Both the position numbers and the translations under genes were made by a program. Below, in pieces: positions 45,313 through 54,673 of a stretch of 64,000 nucleotides of DNA. The notes beneath the pieces are model-generated. The model was not told where the DNA came from and made no database searches. It was given only the letters and a program-made list of their open reading frames with translations. The stretch comes from Patescibacteria group bacterium (GTDB taxonomy: Bacteria > Patescibacteriota > Microgenomatia > Levybacterales > GWA1-39-11), in NCBI GenBank assembly GCA_035549295.1, contig DASZRG010000039.1:31-64030 (forward strand), given 5' to 3'. How positions within the stretch are numbered: the first letter of the stretch is position 1; every line of letters starts with the position of its first letter.

Positions 45313-46260
45313 ATGAAAAAATTAGTGCTGCTCATTTTGCTAATTATTACAGCAGCAGGCCTTGTATATTTTCAAAACCCCAAACCTAAAAACTTTAATA
45401 TAACTTCACCTCTCCCCGACCTTCTAACACACGCTTTTCCAAAAGTGTTGGGTGAAGAAAATATTTGGAAACCAAGGGATATAACGATCGCATCAAGCAT
45501 AAAACAGCCTGATTTGACTGCCAAATCTGCAGCCGCATATGACATTACCACAAACCAATACCTATATAAAAAAGATGTCGACACAAAAAGACCAATAGCC
45601 TCACTTACCAAGATTATGACGGCTATTATTGCACTCGAAAACGAAGACATAAATAAAGAATTTACTGTCAGTCATGCAGCAGCAAATATTGGCGAAGATT
45701 CAATGGGCTTGTCGGAAGGCGAAAAATTTGCTCTAAGCGACCTACTTTACGGTCTCGTTCTCAATTCAGGAAATGATGCAGCTGAAACAATTGCACAAGA
45801 TTCACAATTTGGCCGCGCCAACTTTGTATATCTCATGAACAAGAAGGCAGAAGATCTAGCGCTTTCTGGAACCCATTTCACCAACCCCACCGGTCTTCAG
45901 GGGGATGGCAATCAATACAGTACTATTTCAGATTTGTTGTCGATAACTCACTATGCACTCCAAAATTCTACTTTTGCAAAAGTTGCAGCAACATATGAAT
46001 ATGATATTCCAGAGTCGTCCACTCACAAGGCATATACTCTGTATAATGAGACAAACCTACTTACAACCTACCCAGGCGTTAAAGGTGTTAAAACAGGGTT
46101 TACTGACGAGGCTGGCATGTGTCTTGTGACATATCTTGAATATGACGGGCATAAGATCATAGCAATCGTCTTAAACGCAGAAAACAGACGCGAAGAAATG
46201 AAAGAACTCCTCGACTATTCACTCAAAACAGAAGGCATCACCCCACCACCGCACGATTAG
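45313..46260 (+). CDS. D-alanyl-D-alanine carboxypeptidase (PBP5/S11 family)
   Basis: Signal/TM N-terminus. SxxK is in ASLTKIMTAI, SxN in LNSGND and KTG in VKGVKTGFT. Confidence 0.75.
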   Translation: MKKLVLLILLIITAAGLVYFQNPKPKNFNITSPLPDLLTHAFPKVLGEENIWKPRDITIASSIKQPDLTAKSAAAYDITTNQYLYKKDVDTKRPIASLTKIMTAIIALENEDINKEFTVSHAAANIGEDSMGLSEGEKFALSDLLYGLVLNSGNDAAETIAQDSQFGRANFVYLMNKKAEDLALSGTHFTNPTGLQGDGNQYSTISDLLSITHYALQNSTFAKVAATYEYDIPESSTHKAYTLYNETNLLTTYPGVKGVKTGFTDEAGMCLVTYLEYDGHKIIAIVLNAENRREEMKELLDYSLKTEGITPPPHD

Positions 46261-46300
46261 CGAACCTGTCAGGCATAATACTCCTGTCATTTCCGCGCAC

Positions 46301-47791
46301 GTGGGAATCCAGAGTAAATTTTTCCAATATCTAACTTTGAATCAGAATTGGTATTGCTGTAAAATCGCACTTATGGCAACTTATGAATCCGAAACTCAGG
46401 TAACCGCCGAACGAACAGCCGAACAAGACGTAAAGTTTAATGTTGTTCGTAATCTAAAATTTGGCAGTTTACTTCCACTCCCCAACGGGAAACCATTCGG
46501 TGGGGAGACTGTCACTGCATACAGATATCAACAAGGCGCCAGAACGGAATACCTCATCGTTTTTGGTCCACTTAGTGGGTATCAATTATACAAGAGACTA
46601 AATGACGTAGCACGCGTAAAAGACGAGTTTGATGGTGTAAGAGCCGATTTCAGTGGAATTCTTTCAAGTGCAGAACTTTGGAAGCGACACAATGCTGACA
46701 TGCCAGAAGCGTGGGCAGAATATGCGTCCTCAATTCAGCGTCAAAATGATGTAATGCAAACATTCAAACCTAGCGGGCTGCCTATTATACCCCACCAAGC
46801 ATATATGCAATTGGAGAGAGCCAGGAACTCTTACTCAGCACTTGCGGAACACCAATCACAAGCTGACAACACAGTCGATAAAGCTTACAACCAAGCAACT
46901 AGAATGCTTTCTGGAGATATGCCTGTAGATATTCAATTTATCTCCCACTTTCTTCAAATTAGTAGCAGCGACATTGGAATGCGAGGGGTTAGTAGGGGGG
47001 ATTTTACCAGATTAGTAAATGGGTTTGGATCACCTAAAATTAGAGAACAATTCCTTAATCGTTTCAAGAAGGTAGTTGCAGAAAAGTCGAGGGACGAGAA
47101 TGGTGATTTGGATAAAACTAAATTAAGAAGTTACGCAGAACAAACGACCACAACACCCAAAGGCCTAATTAGGAAAAAAATTGACGACAAATATTTCTTG
47201 TATCCTACACACCTCGAACCATATTTAAATTCCTGGCATGTTCAGCAAATATCGGGTGTACAACTTAATGAGAATGGGGAATTCGTTATTCCACCTGATG
47301 CCAAAGAGAAAGTAGATGCAGAAATCAAAAGATTAGACGGAGATATTTTAAGAAAGCGTTCAATAATACCCATAATTCGCTTTGCAGAAACAGATCAGGG
47401 AGTTTCGGGTTTTGTGTTTAGTCATTCTGAAGCAAGTACGCCCCTGCCTTCATCTGTTCTAAAAGACATTGATAGCTCTACTGCCCGAGAAGCTTTGGAT
47501 ACAGAAGAATTTCACGAAGGCTGGCTATCAGGCGCAGTAGGAAATTTACTACTCATAGGTAGTCATCCCAAAATTAAGGAAATTAATGACTCTTGGAGCA
47601 GAATTTGGCAGAGAACTATGATTAGACGATCAGAAGCGGCTGGGCTTGATTCTACACTCCACGAACCACTGAATATTAATGGGCCTGTTCAAGTAGGTCT
47701 TATAGCAACCGTTGCACTCGCAAGATATCCCCAACACTTCAACCACTTTAAAGAAGCAGTCAAGAATCAGTTTGGAAGAATTAGAGATTAG
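46301..47791 (+). CDS. large hypothetical protein with no recognisable domain
   Basis: 496-aa ORF. The real start may be the internal Met near 46373 (MATYESE). It ends 53 nt from the 3' end of the tRNA-Leu. Confidence 0.4.
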   Translation: MGIQSKFFQYLTLNQNWYCCKIALMATYESETQVTAERTAEQDVKFNVVRNLKFGSLLPLPNGKPFGGETVTAYRYQQGARTEYLIVFGPLSGYQLYKRLNDVARVKDEFDGVRADFSGILSSAELWKRHNADMPEAWAEYASSIQRQNDVMQTFKPSGLPIIPHQAYMQLERARNSYSALAEHQSQADNTVDKAYNQATRMLSGDMPVDIQFISHFLQISSSDIGMRGVSRGDFTRLVNGFGSPKIREQFLNRFKKVVAEKSRDENGDLDKTKLRSYAEQTTTTPKGLIRKKIDDKYFLYPTHLEPYLNSWHVQQISGVQLNENGEFVIPPDAKEKVDAEIKRLDGDILRKRSIIPIIRFAETDQGVSGFVFSHSEASTPLPSSVLKDIDSSTAREALDTEEFHEGWLSGAVGNLLLIGSHPKIKEINDSWSRIWQRTMIRRSEAAGLDSTLHEPLNINGPVQVGLIATVALARYPQHFNHFKEAVKNQFGRIRD

Positions 47792-47843
47792 CTCGTGATA
47801 CACTTGGTACCCTTGATACTCGTGATGCTTTTGACTAACTCGG

Positions 47844-47958
47844 TGCCTGGGGTGGGACTCGAACCCGCATGACGTAAGTCACACGCTCTTAAGGCGTGCG
47901 TGTATACCATTCCACCACTGGCCCAATTCTGCTGGATGGATTATTCCACCACCCAGGC
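47844..47958 (-). tRNA. tRNA-Leu (anticodon TAA) with a ~33-bp insertion/duplication in the D-loop region (possible pseudogene)
   Basis: Hand-fold. The anticodon arm is CACGC-CUUAAGA-GCGUG. There is a variable-arm hairpin UGAC-UUAC-GUCA (type II). The T-arm is GCGGG-UUCGAGU-CCCAC with one C-A mismatch. The 3' acceptor strand is CCCAGGC+A. A perfectly matching 5' acceptor GCCUGGG-UG-GUGG-AAU exists only at 47943-47958. A degenerate duplicate (GCCAGUG-GUGG-AAU) lies at 47909-47922. Confidence 0.5.
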
Positions 47959-48011
47959 TAGTGTGTCCAAACATTTTATCTCAAAGTAGTTCGGTAGACA
48001 ATATAAAGCTT

Positions 48012-48875
48012 TTATGCCGCTGGAATTAGTATTTCAACGTCCACGGTAGACTTTGGAGCATTGGGGTTTTTGAGCATCCCGCCTTTTTTAGCAAAAAACA
48101 TAATAGCAATATTATCCTGTTGATGTTCAGAAAACTTGGGATAAATTTGCCGATTGATGCGAAGCGCGCTACTTCGCAGCGCTCCATGATGACTCCTGAC
48201 ATCGTCTTCAGAGTAGTAACCGTACACATACTTTATTAAATTAGGGTAAGGAACAATTACCCCTTCATTAAGGGAAAGTATTTTCAATAATCTACCATCT
48301 ACTGGTGCCACTTTTACCTGAGTCTGATCTTTTCTAGTAAGAACCCTCAATTCTTCGTTGTAAGTGAAATCAGGATGATAGTAAATATTATCATCTAGAT
48401 TATGCGTACTCTCCTGGAGCACGTTTAATCGTTCATCAATGAATCTGTACCCACTTTCTCTTACCGTTTCTATCGGATTTGAGTCAAATCTAACAATCTT
48501 ATCTCTAACTTTACACACTACTGTTCTAACTGTCGCGTGGTCATCTTCCAACATATTTTCACTTTCCCAAAGCGCAAATGCAATCTTTTTAATAGGTGTC
48601 ACTCTGTTTGGTCTAAGCTGTAACTCATGCAGGACCTTTGCTTCAGTTTTAGTTAAGTGAATTTTGTTTAAATGATTACCGCTTTCATCTTCGCCTTTAT
48701 ATAACTCGCTTGTATTTGAATTTGGGTTGAATTTGAAACTATAGCTGGGATAGTGCCAGGTTACATTAGGTTGTTCCGAAAGATATTTTCCCGGTGGAAT
48801 TGAATTCGGGGTATTTAAACCTCGCGGTCTCTGAATTTCCCTTATCCTAGGGACAGTTTGTAGCCGCTCACTCAT
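48012..48875 (-). CDS. putative transcriptional regulator with two tandem OmpR/PhoB-type winged-helix (trans_reg_C-like) domains and no receiver domain
   Basis: LTKTEAKVLHELQLRPNRVTPIKKIAFALWESENMLEDDHATVRTVVCKVRDKIV...IETVRESGYRFI matches the OmpR C-terminal domain. A second, weaker copy is LTRKDQTQ...LLKILSLNEGVIVPYPNLIKYVYG...ALRSSALRINRQI. Confidence 0.5.
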   Translation of the reverse strand: MSERLQTVPRIREIQRPRGLNTPNSIPPGKYLSEQPNVTWHYPSYSFKFNPNSNTSELYKGEDESGNHLNKIHLTKTEAKVLHELQLRPNRVTPIKKIAFALWESENMLEDDHATVRTVVCKVRDKIVRFDSNPIETVRESGYRFIDERLNVLQESTHNLDDNIYYHPDFTYNEELRVLTRKDQTQVKVAPVDGRLLKILSLNEGVIVPYPNLIKYVYGYYSEDDVRSHHGALRSSALRINRQIYPKFSEHQQDNIAIMFFAKKGGMLKNPNAPKSTVDVEILIPAA

Positions 48876-48946
48876 TTTAGAAGCATATTATCAAAATCTA
48901 AATTGAGTATCAATATTTTAGGCAGATACATCTGTTAAAATGGGCT

Positions 48947-50872
48947 ATGACCGATATTGTCCTATTAAAAAATGCCACCGAAGTTGGAACTTTTGGAGGC
49001 AAGGCAGTGAATCTTGCAAAACTATTGAACGCGGGACTTCCTGTACCAAACGGTTTTGCGGTTGGACTTGGCGCATTCGGACCTGATGGCAAACTGTTCG
49101 CTGGGGCTAAAGAAGAAATAAGCAAACTTACCAAAGACCAGCCTTATGCAGTTCGATCTTCTGCTACTGCTGAAGACGCTGAAAATTCTTCCTGGGCCGG
49201 CCAATTCGAAACATTCCTCAATGTAAAGCCAAGTGACTTGATTTCAAATATCGAAAAATGTCACGCATCGGCAAAAATAAGAGCTAAATCATACGCAGAT
49301 CAAAAGGGTGAGAAAGCAGTATTCCAAGTTGCCGCTGTAGTACAAGAAATGCTAAATCCTGAGTACGCTGGCGTACTATTTACCAAAGACCCTATCTCAG
49401 GCGAGAGTAAATTTGCTACTGAATATATCGAGGGTCTTGGCGAGGAATTAGTAAGTGGTCGAGCTGACCCAAAGCAAATTAGTTGGCAGAAAGACAAAAT
49501 GCCTGACGCACCTTTTGATGTCAAGCAATTGAGCGAATTGGCTAAAAAGACAGAGAAACTCTTTGGCGAGCCGCAGGATATAGAATGGGTTTGGGCGGAT
49601 AATAAAATTTGGCTAGTACAGGCTCGTCCAATTACAACAAAAGGGGGAATCAACAATGGTTATTATCTAGGTGAACCAGATGATCTTTTTTACTGGGGAC
49701 CATCCCGAGCAAAACCACTCTATATGAGCGACTACATGCAAGCAGTTGAAAATTTTCTTCTCGAGTCGTCATTTCATAAAAACTTACCCAAACCACCCAA
49801 GACACTAGTTTTATTCCATGAGGGAAAAATGGTATGGCTAAATAATGCACATGCATTTGTCGAATTTGTAGAGAAGGTCTTCGAAGCCTATGAATTAAAA
49901 AATCGAATTGAAGAGGATATAAAAGCATGGCAAAATTCCATCGAAATATTGCCAACTCTAAAAGGTGAACACTTCAAAAAAGAGCTACTAAAGGCATGGA
50001 AATTGACTTTATTTGCGGAATTTTCGCTATATGGCGCAGATAGCGTGATAACCAGACGCTTAAGTCGCTTCGATGTTGCAACTCGACAAAAAATTTTTGG
50101 GACTTTTACCATACCAGATAAACAAACATTTCTGACCAGGATTGATGAAGAGTTACTCGAGTCGAAAGATCCACAAAGCCTATCCAAGAAGTACCCATGG
50201 ATAAATGACGGTTATGATGGTGTACACGATACTGCCGAAAGTTATTTTGCAGATAGACTCAAGATTTTGCTTCAAGATAACACGAACAGCCATCTATCAA
50301 AACCAGATAAGTCGGCTCTCGAACACGAATTTTCTTTAAGCGGTGAAGAAATTAAGGTTTTGACTCTAACAAGAAGGTTAGCAGAATTTATGGATGATAG
50401 AAAGGAGTGGATGATGAAAACACGCAGATTAATAGAAGAGTTTTCGATATACATTGAGCATGGATGGATGCTTGACGACGGTAAAGCATCAAAAATAGAT
50501 GAAGCAAATACAACAGACCTGTGGCAACGCTATATAAATTTCAAAGGGTCTACAAATGCAGTTACCGGCATCGTTGCGAGCAATGGAGGACGACATTTTG
50601 TAACGGGTGAGATTGTGATCGTTTCAGGTCCGACAGATACGGTTGCAAGCGGCATGATTCTAGTCGTTCCATCTACAAGCCCAAGCTATGTCCCCCTTAT
50701 GAGGAGTGCAAAAGCACTTATCACAGACCATGGCGGCATGATGTCTCATGCGGCTATTGTCGCGCGCGAGTTCGGTCTACCATGTATTGTAGGCACAAAA
50801 CACGCAACAAAAGTCCTAAAAACAGGCGATAAAGTAGTCCTGGATCTCGTCAAAGGCGAAGTCAATAGATAA
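48947..50872 (+). CDS. PEP-utilizing enzyme (PEP synthase / rifampicin-phosphotransferase-like: N-terminal ATP-grasp PPDK_N domain + C-terminal phospho-His swivelling domain)
   Basis: N-terminal segment GGKAVNLAKLLNAGLPVPNGFAV. C-terminal segment GGRHFVTGEIVIVSG...DHGGMMSHAAIVAREFGLPCIVG. Confidence 0.75.
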   Translation: MTDIVLLKNATEVGTFGGKAVNLAKLLNAGLPVPNGFAVGLGAFGPDGKLFAGAKEEISKLTKDQPYAVRSSATAEDAENSSWAGQFETFLNVKPSDLISNIEKCHASAKIRAKSYADQKGEKAVFQVAAVVQEMLNPEYAGVLFTKDPISGESKFATEYIEGLGEELVSGRADPKQISWQKDKMPDAPFDVKQLSELAKKTEKLFGEPQDIEWVWADNKIWLVQARPITTKGGINNGYYLGEPDDLFYWGPSRAKPLYMSDYMQAVENFLLESSFHKNLPKPPKTLVLFHEGKMVWLNNAHAFVEFVEKVFEAYELKNRIEEDIKAWQNSIEILPTLKGEHFKKELLKAWKLTLFAEFSLYGADSVITRRLSRFDVATRQKIFGTFTIPDKQTFLTRIDEELLESKDPQSLSKKYPWINDGYDGVHDTAESYFADRLKILLQDNTNSHLSKPDKSALEHEFSLSGEEIKVLTLTRRLAEFMDDRKEWMMKTRRLIEEFSIYIEHGWMLDDGKASKIDEANTTDLWQRYINFKGSTNAVTGIVASNGGRHFVTGEIVIVSGPTDTVASGMILVVPSTSPSYVPLMRSAKALITDHGGMMSHAAIVAREFGLPCIVGTKHATKVLKTGDKVVLDLVKGEVNR

Positions 50873-50890
50873 TATGCGTCAACTCAGCTC

Positions 50891-50956
50891 TTAGCGTTTA
50901 GCAGTTAGTAAAATCACCAACCTGCTGCAAGTACCAATCGCAAACCCTTAACAGCC
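50891..50956. repeat. same element, copy D (convergent gene ends between the PEP-enzyme gene and rarA)
   Basis: ttagcgtttagcagttagtaaaatcaccaacctgctgcaagtaccaatcgcaaaccc. The first 18 nt are identical to copy B. Confidence 0.55.
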
Positions 50957-51019
50957 AGGAATCTCCCTAATACCTTATACCAGACACTTGATACCCACGA
51001 TACTGAATACTGATGCGGC

Positions 51020-52267
51020 TTACTTCCAGTCCTCCTTATAGTACTTCTTCCCCACAAGATTCTTTGGCATATATTCTTGATCTACTTTTTCACCAGTCTC
51101 GCGTTCTACTTTCCAGGTATACCTAATGTGCCCCTTTCCGTAGTCGAGCTTTTTCATAACTTTGTTTGCCGCGTTTCGTAGGTGAAGAGGTATAGGATCC
51201 AAATTTTCTTCGTCGATGTCAGCCATCGCCTCACCTATTCCGACAGTCGATGCAATAGACTTTTTGGCAGTAGCAAGGTATGTTGCTGTTTGGGCCAGAA
51301 TGAGCTGCGCCTCAGGCATTCCTATCATGTTTACCGCTTGCATACATGCTGTTGCAAGCACCATTGCGGTTGGCTGGGCATTCCCTACATCTTCAGAGGC
51401 AAAAATAAGCATACGTCTTGCAATAAACATCGGGTCTTCGCCAGCCTTCAACATACGAGCAAGATAATGAAGCGTGGCATCTGGCTGACTGCCACGCATT
51501 GATTTTATAAATGCTGATATAGTGTCGTAATGCCAATCCCCTTTTTTGTCATAAAAAATTGCTTTTTGCTGAACAGCAAGTTCTGCTGTCTTGAGATCTA
51601 CCTTTTTACTTATCGATGCCGCGAGCTCTACAGCATTTATAGCTGTACGAGCGTCACCATTTGACTGATTTATAACGTGAGCAATAGCATCCTTGGACCA
51701 TTTTGATTTGGTTTCCCTTATTGCGCGATCAACTATTGCTTCAAGCTCTTCGTTCGATAAAGAATTCAGAACATACACCTGCGAACGAGAAATAAGGGGA
51801 GCATTTACACGAAATCCAGGATTTTCTGTGGTTGCTCCAATCAAAATTATCGTGCCATCCTCAACGCTTGGCAGAAATGCATCCTGTTGAGATTTGTTAA
51901 AGCGATGTATTTCGTCAACAAACAATACGGTCTGCTGCTGCTCGAGTCCACGTCGAAGATTTTTTGCATCATCTATCACGCGGCGGACATCCGCCACTCC
52001 ACTCGTAACAGCTGAAAAGGATACAAATGCAGCATCAATATAATTGGCGATAAGTGATGCTAGGGTCGTCTTACCAACTCCAGGAGGTCCCCAGAGGATC
52101 ATGGAGGTAACTTTTCTGTTCTCAATCATCCGCCTAATAGGGCGCCCTTCACCCAACAGATGTTGTTGCCCAATATAGTCTTCAATCTTTTGTGGCCTCA
52201 ATTTTTCGGCGAGAGGAACTGTTGTATTTGTCATCCTGGATACGTATATTCTAACATGCATGCTCAA
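51020..52267 (-). CDS. rarA: replication-associated recombination protein A (AAA+ ATPase)
   Basis: Walker A is ILWGPPGVGKTTLASLIA and Walker B is LFVDEIHRFNKSQQDAFLP. MgsA C-terminal region (~415 aa). Confidence 0.85.
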   Translation of the reverse strand: MSMHVRIYVSRMTNTTVPLAEKLRPQKIEDYIGQQHLLGEGRPIRRMIENRKVTSMILWGPPGVGKTTLASLIANYIDAAFVSFSAVTSGVADVRRVIDDAKNLRRGLEQQQTVLFVDEIHRFNKSQQDAFLPSVEDGTIILIGATTENPGFRVNAPLISRSQVYVLNSLSNEELEAIVDRAIRETKSKWSKDAIAHVINQSNGDARTAINAVELAASISKKVDLKTAELAVQQKAIFYDKKGDWHYDTISAFIKSMRGSQPDATLHYLARMLKAGEDPMFIARRMLIFASEDVGNAQPTAMVLATACMQAVNMIGMPEAQLILAQTATYLATAKKSIASTVGIGEAMADIDEENLDPIPLHLRNAANKVMKKLDYGKGHIRYTWKVERETGEKVDQEYMPKNLVGKKYYKEDWK

Positions 52268-52305
52268 CCCTACTCCAAATGTAAATATGGGTTATAATTC
52301 GCACC

Positions 52306-53112
52306 ATGACAGTTGAAACAAGAAATCCTAAATTCTTTCCAGGGATTCGCCGTACACACAACCCAATACCTTTTAACCCAGAGGACCCAACCTCAACACT
52401 ACCAGATTATCGCAGGTTCCACGCTCTTCCACGTCTTGACTTTATGAACGATTATACATATGGGGATTTACAAACTTTGAGAAGAATTGCTGAAGAACTC
52501 GGCAAGGGAGTCCCACTTGATGAAATAGGCCGTGGGGAAGATATGGCAGCATATTCTCGTGCTGACTTAAATTTCATAGTTAAATTTCCTTACGATGACT
52601 CTACCTGGCAACCAACAACGTTTAATTACAGAATGAACTATGGATACAGCATTTCAAAAGAATATTTAGGAGAACTTTTTGTTCCAAGCATGGATGTTTA
52701 TGGAAAATTCACAAATTATCGCGGCGAAGAACAAAATGTATTGGCGATAGTTCAACATAAGGTGCAAACAGTCGCGAAAGTATTATCTCAGCTAAGAAAT
52801 GAAGGTAATGAGGATAGAATTAAAAAAGTTAAACAAGATTTTTTAGATTTCAATCGACGAGCCTGGGAGTTAGGAATACTTGATGCTGATAGCAACTGGG
52901 AAGAAAATTATGGATACATGAGCGACGGGTCATTCAGATTAATCGATTTCGGAAGAATAACAGACGACCCTGCGCAATTTGCTTTTTTTGAAGGCCTACC
53001 CCGCACCAGTCAGTACGAAAGAGACCTTAGAGATTATTTTACAAATGAAAATTTCATGAAATTTTTTGGTTCACGCACCAGCTCACGCACTAGATCTTCA
53101 AATCCAAAGTAA
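52306..53112 (+). CDS. hypothetical protein (possible minimal atypical kinase-like fold)
   Basis: 268 aa. A DFG-like motif GSFRLIDFGRI lies near the C-terminus. No other canonical kinase motifs were verified. Confidence 0.3.
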   Translation: MTVETRNPKFFPGIRRTHNPIPFNPEDPTSTLPDYRRFHALPRLDFMNDYTYGDLQTLRRIAEELGKGVPLDEIGRGEDMAAYSRADLNFIVKFPYDDSTWQPTTFNYRMNYGYSISKEYLGELFVPSMDVYGKFTNYRGEEQNVLAIVQHKVQTVAKVLSQLRNEGNEDRIKKVKQDFLDFNRRAWELGILDADSNWEENYGYMSDGSFRLIDFGRITDDPAQFAFFEGLPRTSQYERDLRDYFTNENFMKFFGSRTSSRTRSSNPK

Positions 53113-53446
53113 TCCTCTCGTTAACAATAATTTGATATATTTATTTCCCAAATTATTTTGTTACAATGAACTTAGTTTTGGGCTACCGTAGAAAAATTTA
53201 AAAGATTTTTCTATAAATTGTTAACAACACCTTAGGATGTATCTGTTCAGAGAGTCTGCAGGCTCTTTGGACAAGATTTAACAAACAAATCTCCGCTACA
53301 AACGGCTTGCTTCTTTAGTATCTTTAAATATTTTCTGATATAATTTTCTGAAACTTGGAGGGGTTTACCACATGAAAATGTAAACATTTTCAGTGCGAGC
53401 CTGAAAAGTTTTAAATAAGTTTACATTTAATTTTGTAAACTTTTGA

Positions 53447-53519
53447 GGGCCTATAGCTCATTTGGTAGAGCGCCTGCATGGCATGTAGGAGGTGAGGGGT
53501 TCGAGCCCCCTTAGGTCCA
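53447..53519 (+). tRNA. tRNA-Ala (anticodon GGC)
   Basis: The acceptor GGGCCTA/TAGGTCC carries the G3-U70 Ala identity pair. The D-arm is GCTC-ATTTGGTA-GAGC. The anticodon arm is CCTGC-ATGGCAT-GTAGG. The T-arm is AGGGG-TTCGAGC-CCCCT. The discriminator is A. Confidence 0.8.
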
Positions 53520-54650
53520 CTAATCTTTTTTTGTAGGTTGTCTACTTCTTTTGAATTCCACGGCCACCATTGAGGCAATGAATGTAACAATTGGTACGGC
53601 AAGTATGAGTCCTAGCGATCCTGCAACAGTTGACACTATTTCTCCACTTATTGTCTCTGTATTAAATATTACCCAGTATGGCACCTTCCCTGGATTTAGC
53701 ACTAAGAATATAAAAATGAAAAGAGACGAACCGGCATATGCTAATACCAACGTGTTTACCAGAGACAAAATGTGCTCGCGCCCCACATTAAATCCTTTTT
53801 TAAAAAGATCATAGGCTTTTATTTTTTCGTGAGCTTCTGCAAGCTCAAAAATAGTTGCGGATTGGCTTATTGTTACGTCATTTAAAGCACCAAGTGTACC
53901 AATTATAATTCCGCTCAAGAAAAGCCCTTTCAGATTTATGATTTTTGTCGCGCCAATCGCAAGTTGTGCTATGTCTTCATTCCCTACGCCTGTCAATGTT
54001 GCGAAATCTGTAAAAAGCATCGCTATTACTGTCGCAATAAGAAGAGAAATAAACGTAGACGCTAGTGCTACGCTTGTTTTTTTACTAATTCCGTGTGCTA
54101 CGTATGTACTTATGATAAGTATTATCACCGCCCCAACTAGTGTTACAACGAGTGGACTAACCCCATTTAAAATATTAGGAACAATAAAGAACAGAATCAC
54201 AGATAGACTTATCAAAAGACCCAGAAGCGAACCTAATCCCGCAACACCCGTTACAATAAGCAACATAACAACAAAAACAGCAAGTATTATAAAAATATTC
54301 ATAGATCTATATTTGTCGTACACCGAATAGACTGTTTTTCCATTCATTGTTTGCCTCAATAGCACTACCGTATCTCCTTCTGAGACTTCATGGTCGAGAG
54401 TTAAAGTGTCAGGGTCGCCAATATGAATATTTAGTGTTTTATTTTCTTCGCTGCCACTAAGGATCTTAACTTTTAAATCTTGATAGTAATTAGTCTGACC
54501 AGAGGAAACTACTTTTCCAGAATCGACAACACTAACAATCTGTGCCTTTGAATACTCTTCTTTTACTGAAGGTGATTGAGCAAATGCGCGAGGCGAGAAA
54601 ATGAGTATAAATAAAAACAGCGAGAAAAAGATTCTCTTCAAACGACCCAT
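53520..54650 (-). CDS. YibE/F-like polytopic membrane protein
   Basis: Signal peptide, a ~110-aa extracytoplasmic segment, then ~8 TM helices. The family call is by memory and tentative. Confidence 0.4.
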   Translation of the reverse strand: MGRLKRIFFSLFLFILIFSPRAFAQSPSVKEEYSKAQIVSVVDSGKVVSSGQTNYYQDLKVKILSGSEENKTLNIHIGDPDTLTLDHEVSEGDTVVLLRQTMNGKTVYSVYDKYRSMNIFIILAVFVVMLLIVTGVAGLGSLLGLLISLSVILFFIVPNILNGVSPLVVTLVGAVIILIISTYVAHGISKKTSVALASTFISLLIATVIAMLFTDFATLTGVGNEDIAQLAIGATKIINLKGLFLSGIIIGTLGALNDVTISQSATIFELAEAHEKIKAYDLFKKGFNVGREHILSLVNTLVLAYAGSSLFIFIFLVLNPGKVPYWVIFNTETISGEIVSTVAGSLGLILAVPIVTFIASMVAVEFKRSRQPTKKD

Positions 54651-54673
54651 AAGGGTAATTTTATATTTTCCTG

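Noticed and set aside
47844-47925. Group I intron in tRNA-Leu(TAA), as in cyanobacteria
   Set aside because: The anticodon loop (CUUAAGA) is uninterrupted. The irregularity is a short duplication in the 5' acceptor/D region and is far too small (33 bp) for a group I intron.
53411-53602. 63-aa minus-strand ORF overlapping tRNA-Ala
   Set aside because: It overlaps a well-folded tRNA gene and the end of the YibE/F-like ORF. It is almost certainly non-coding.
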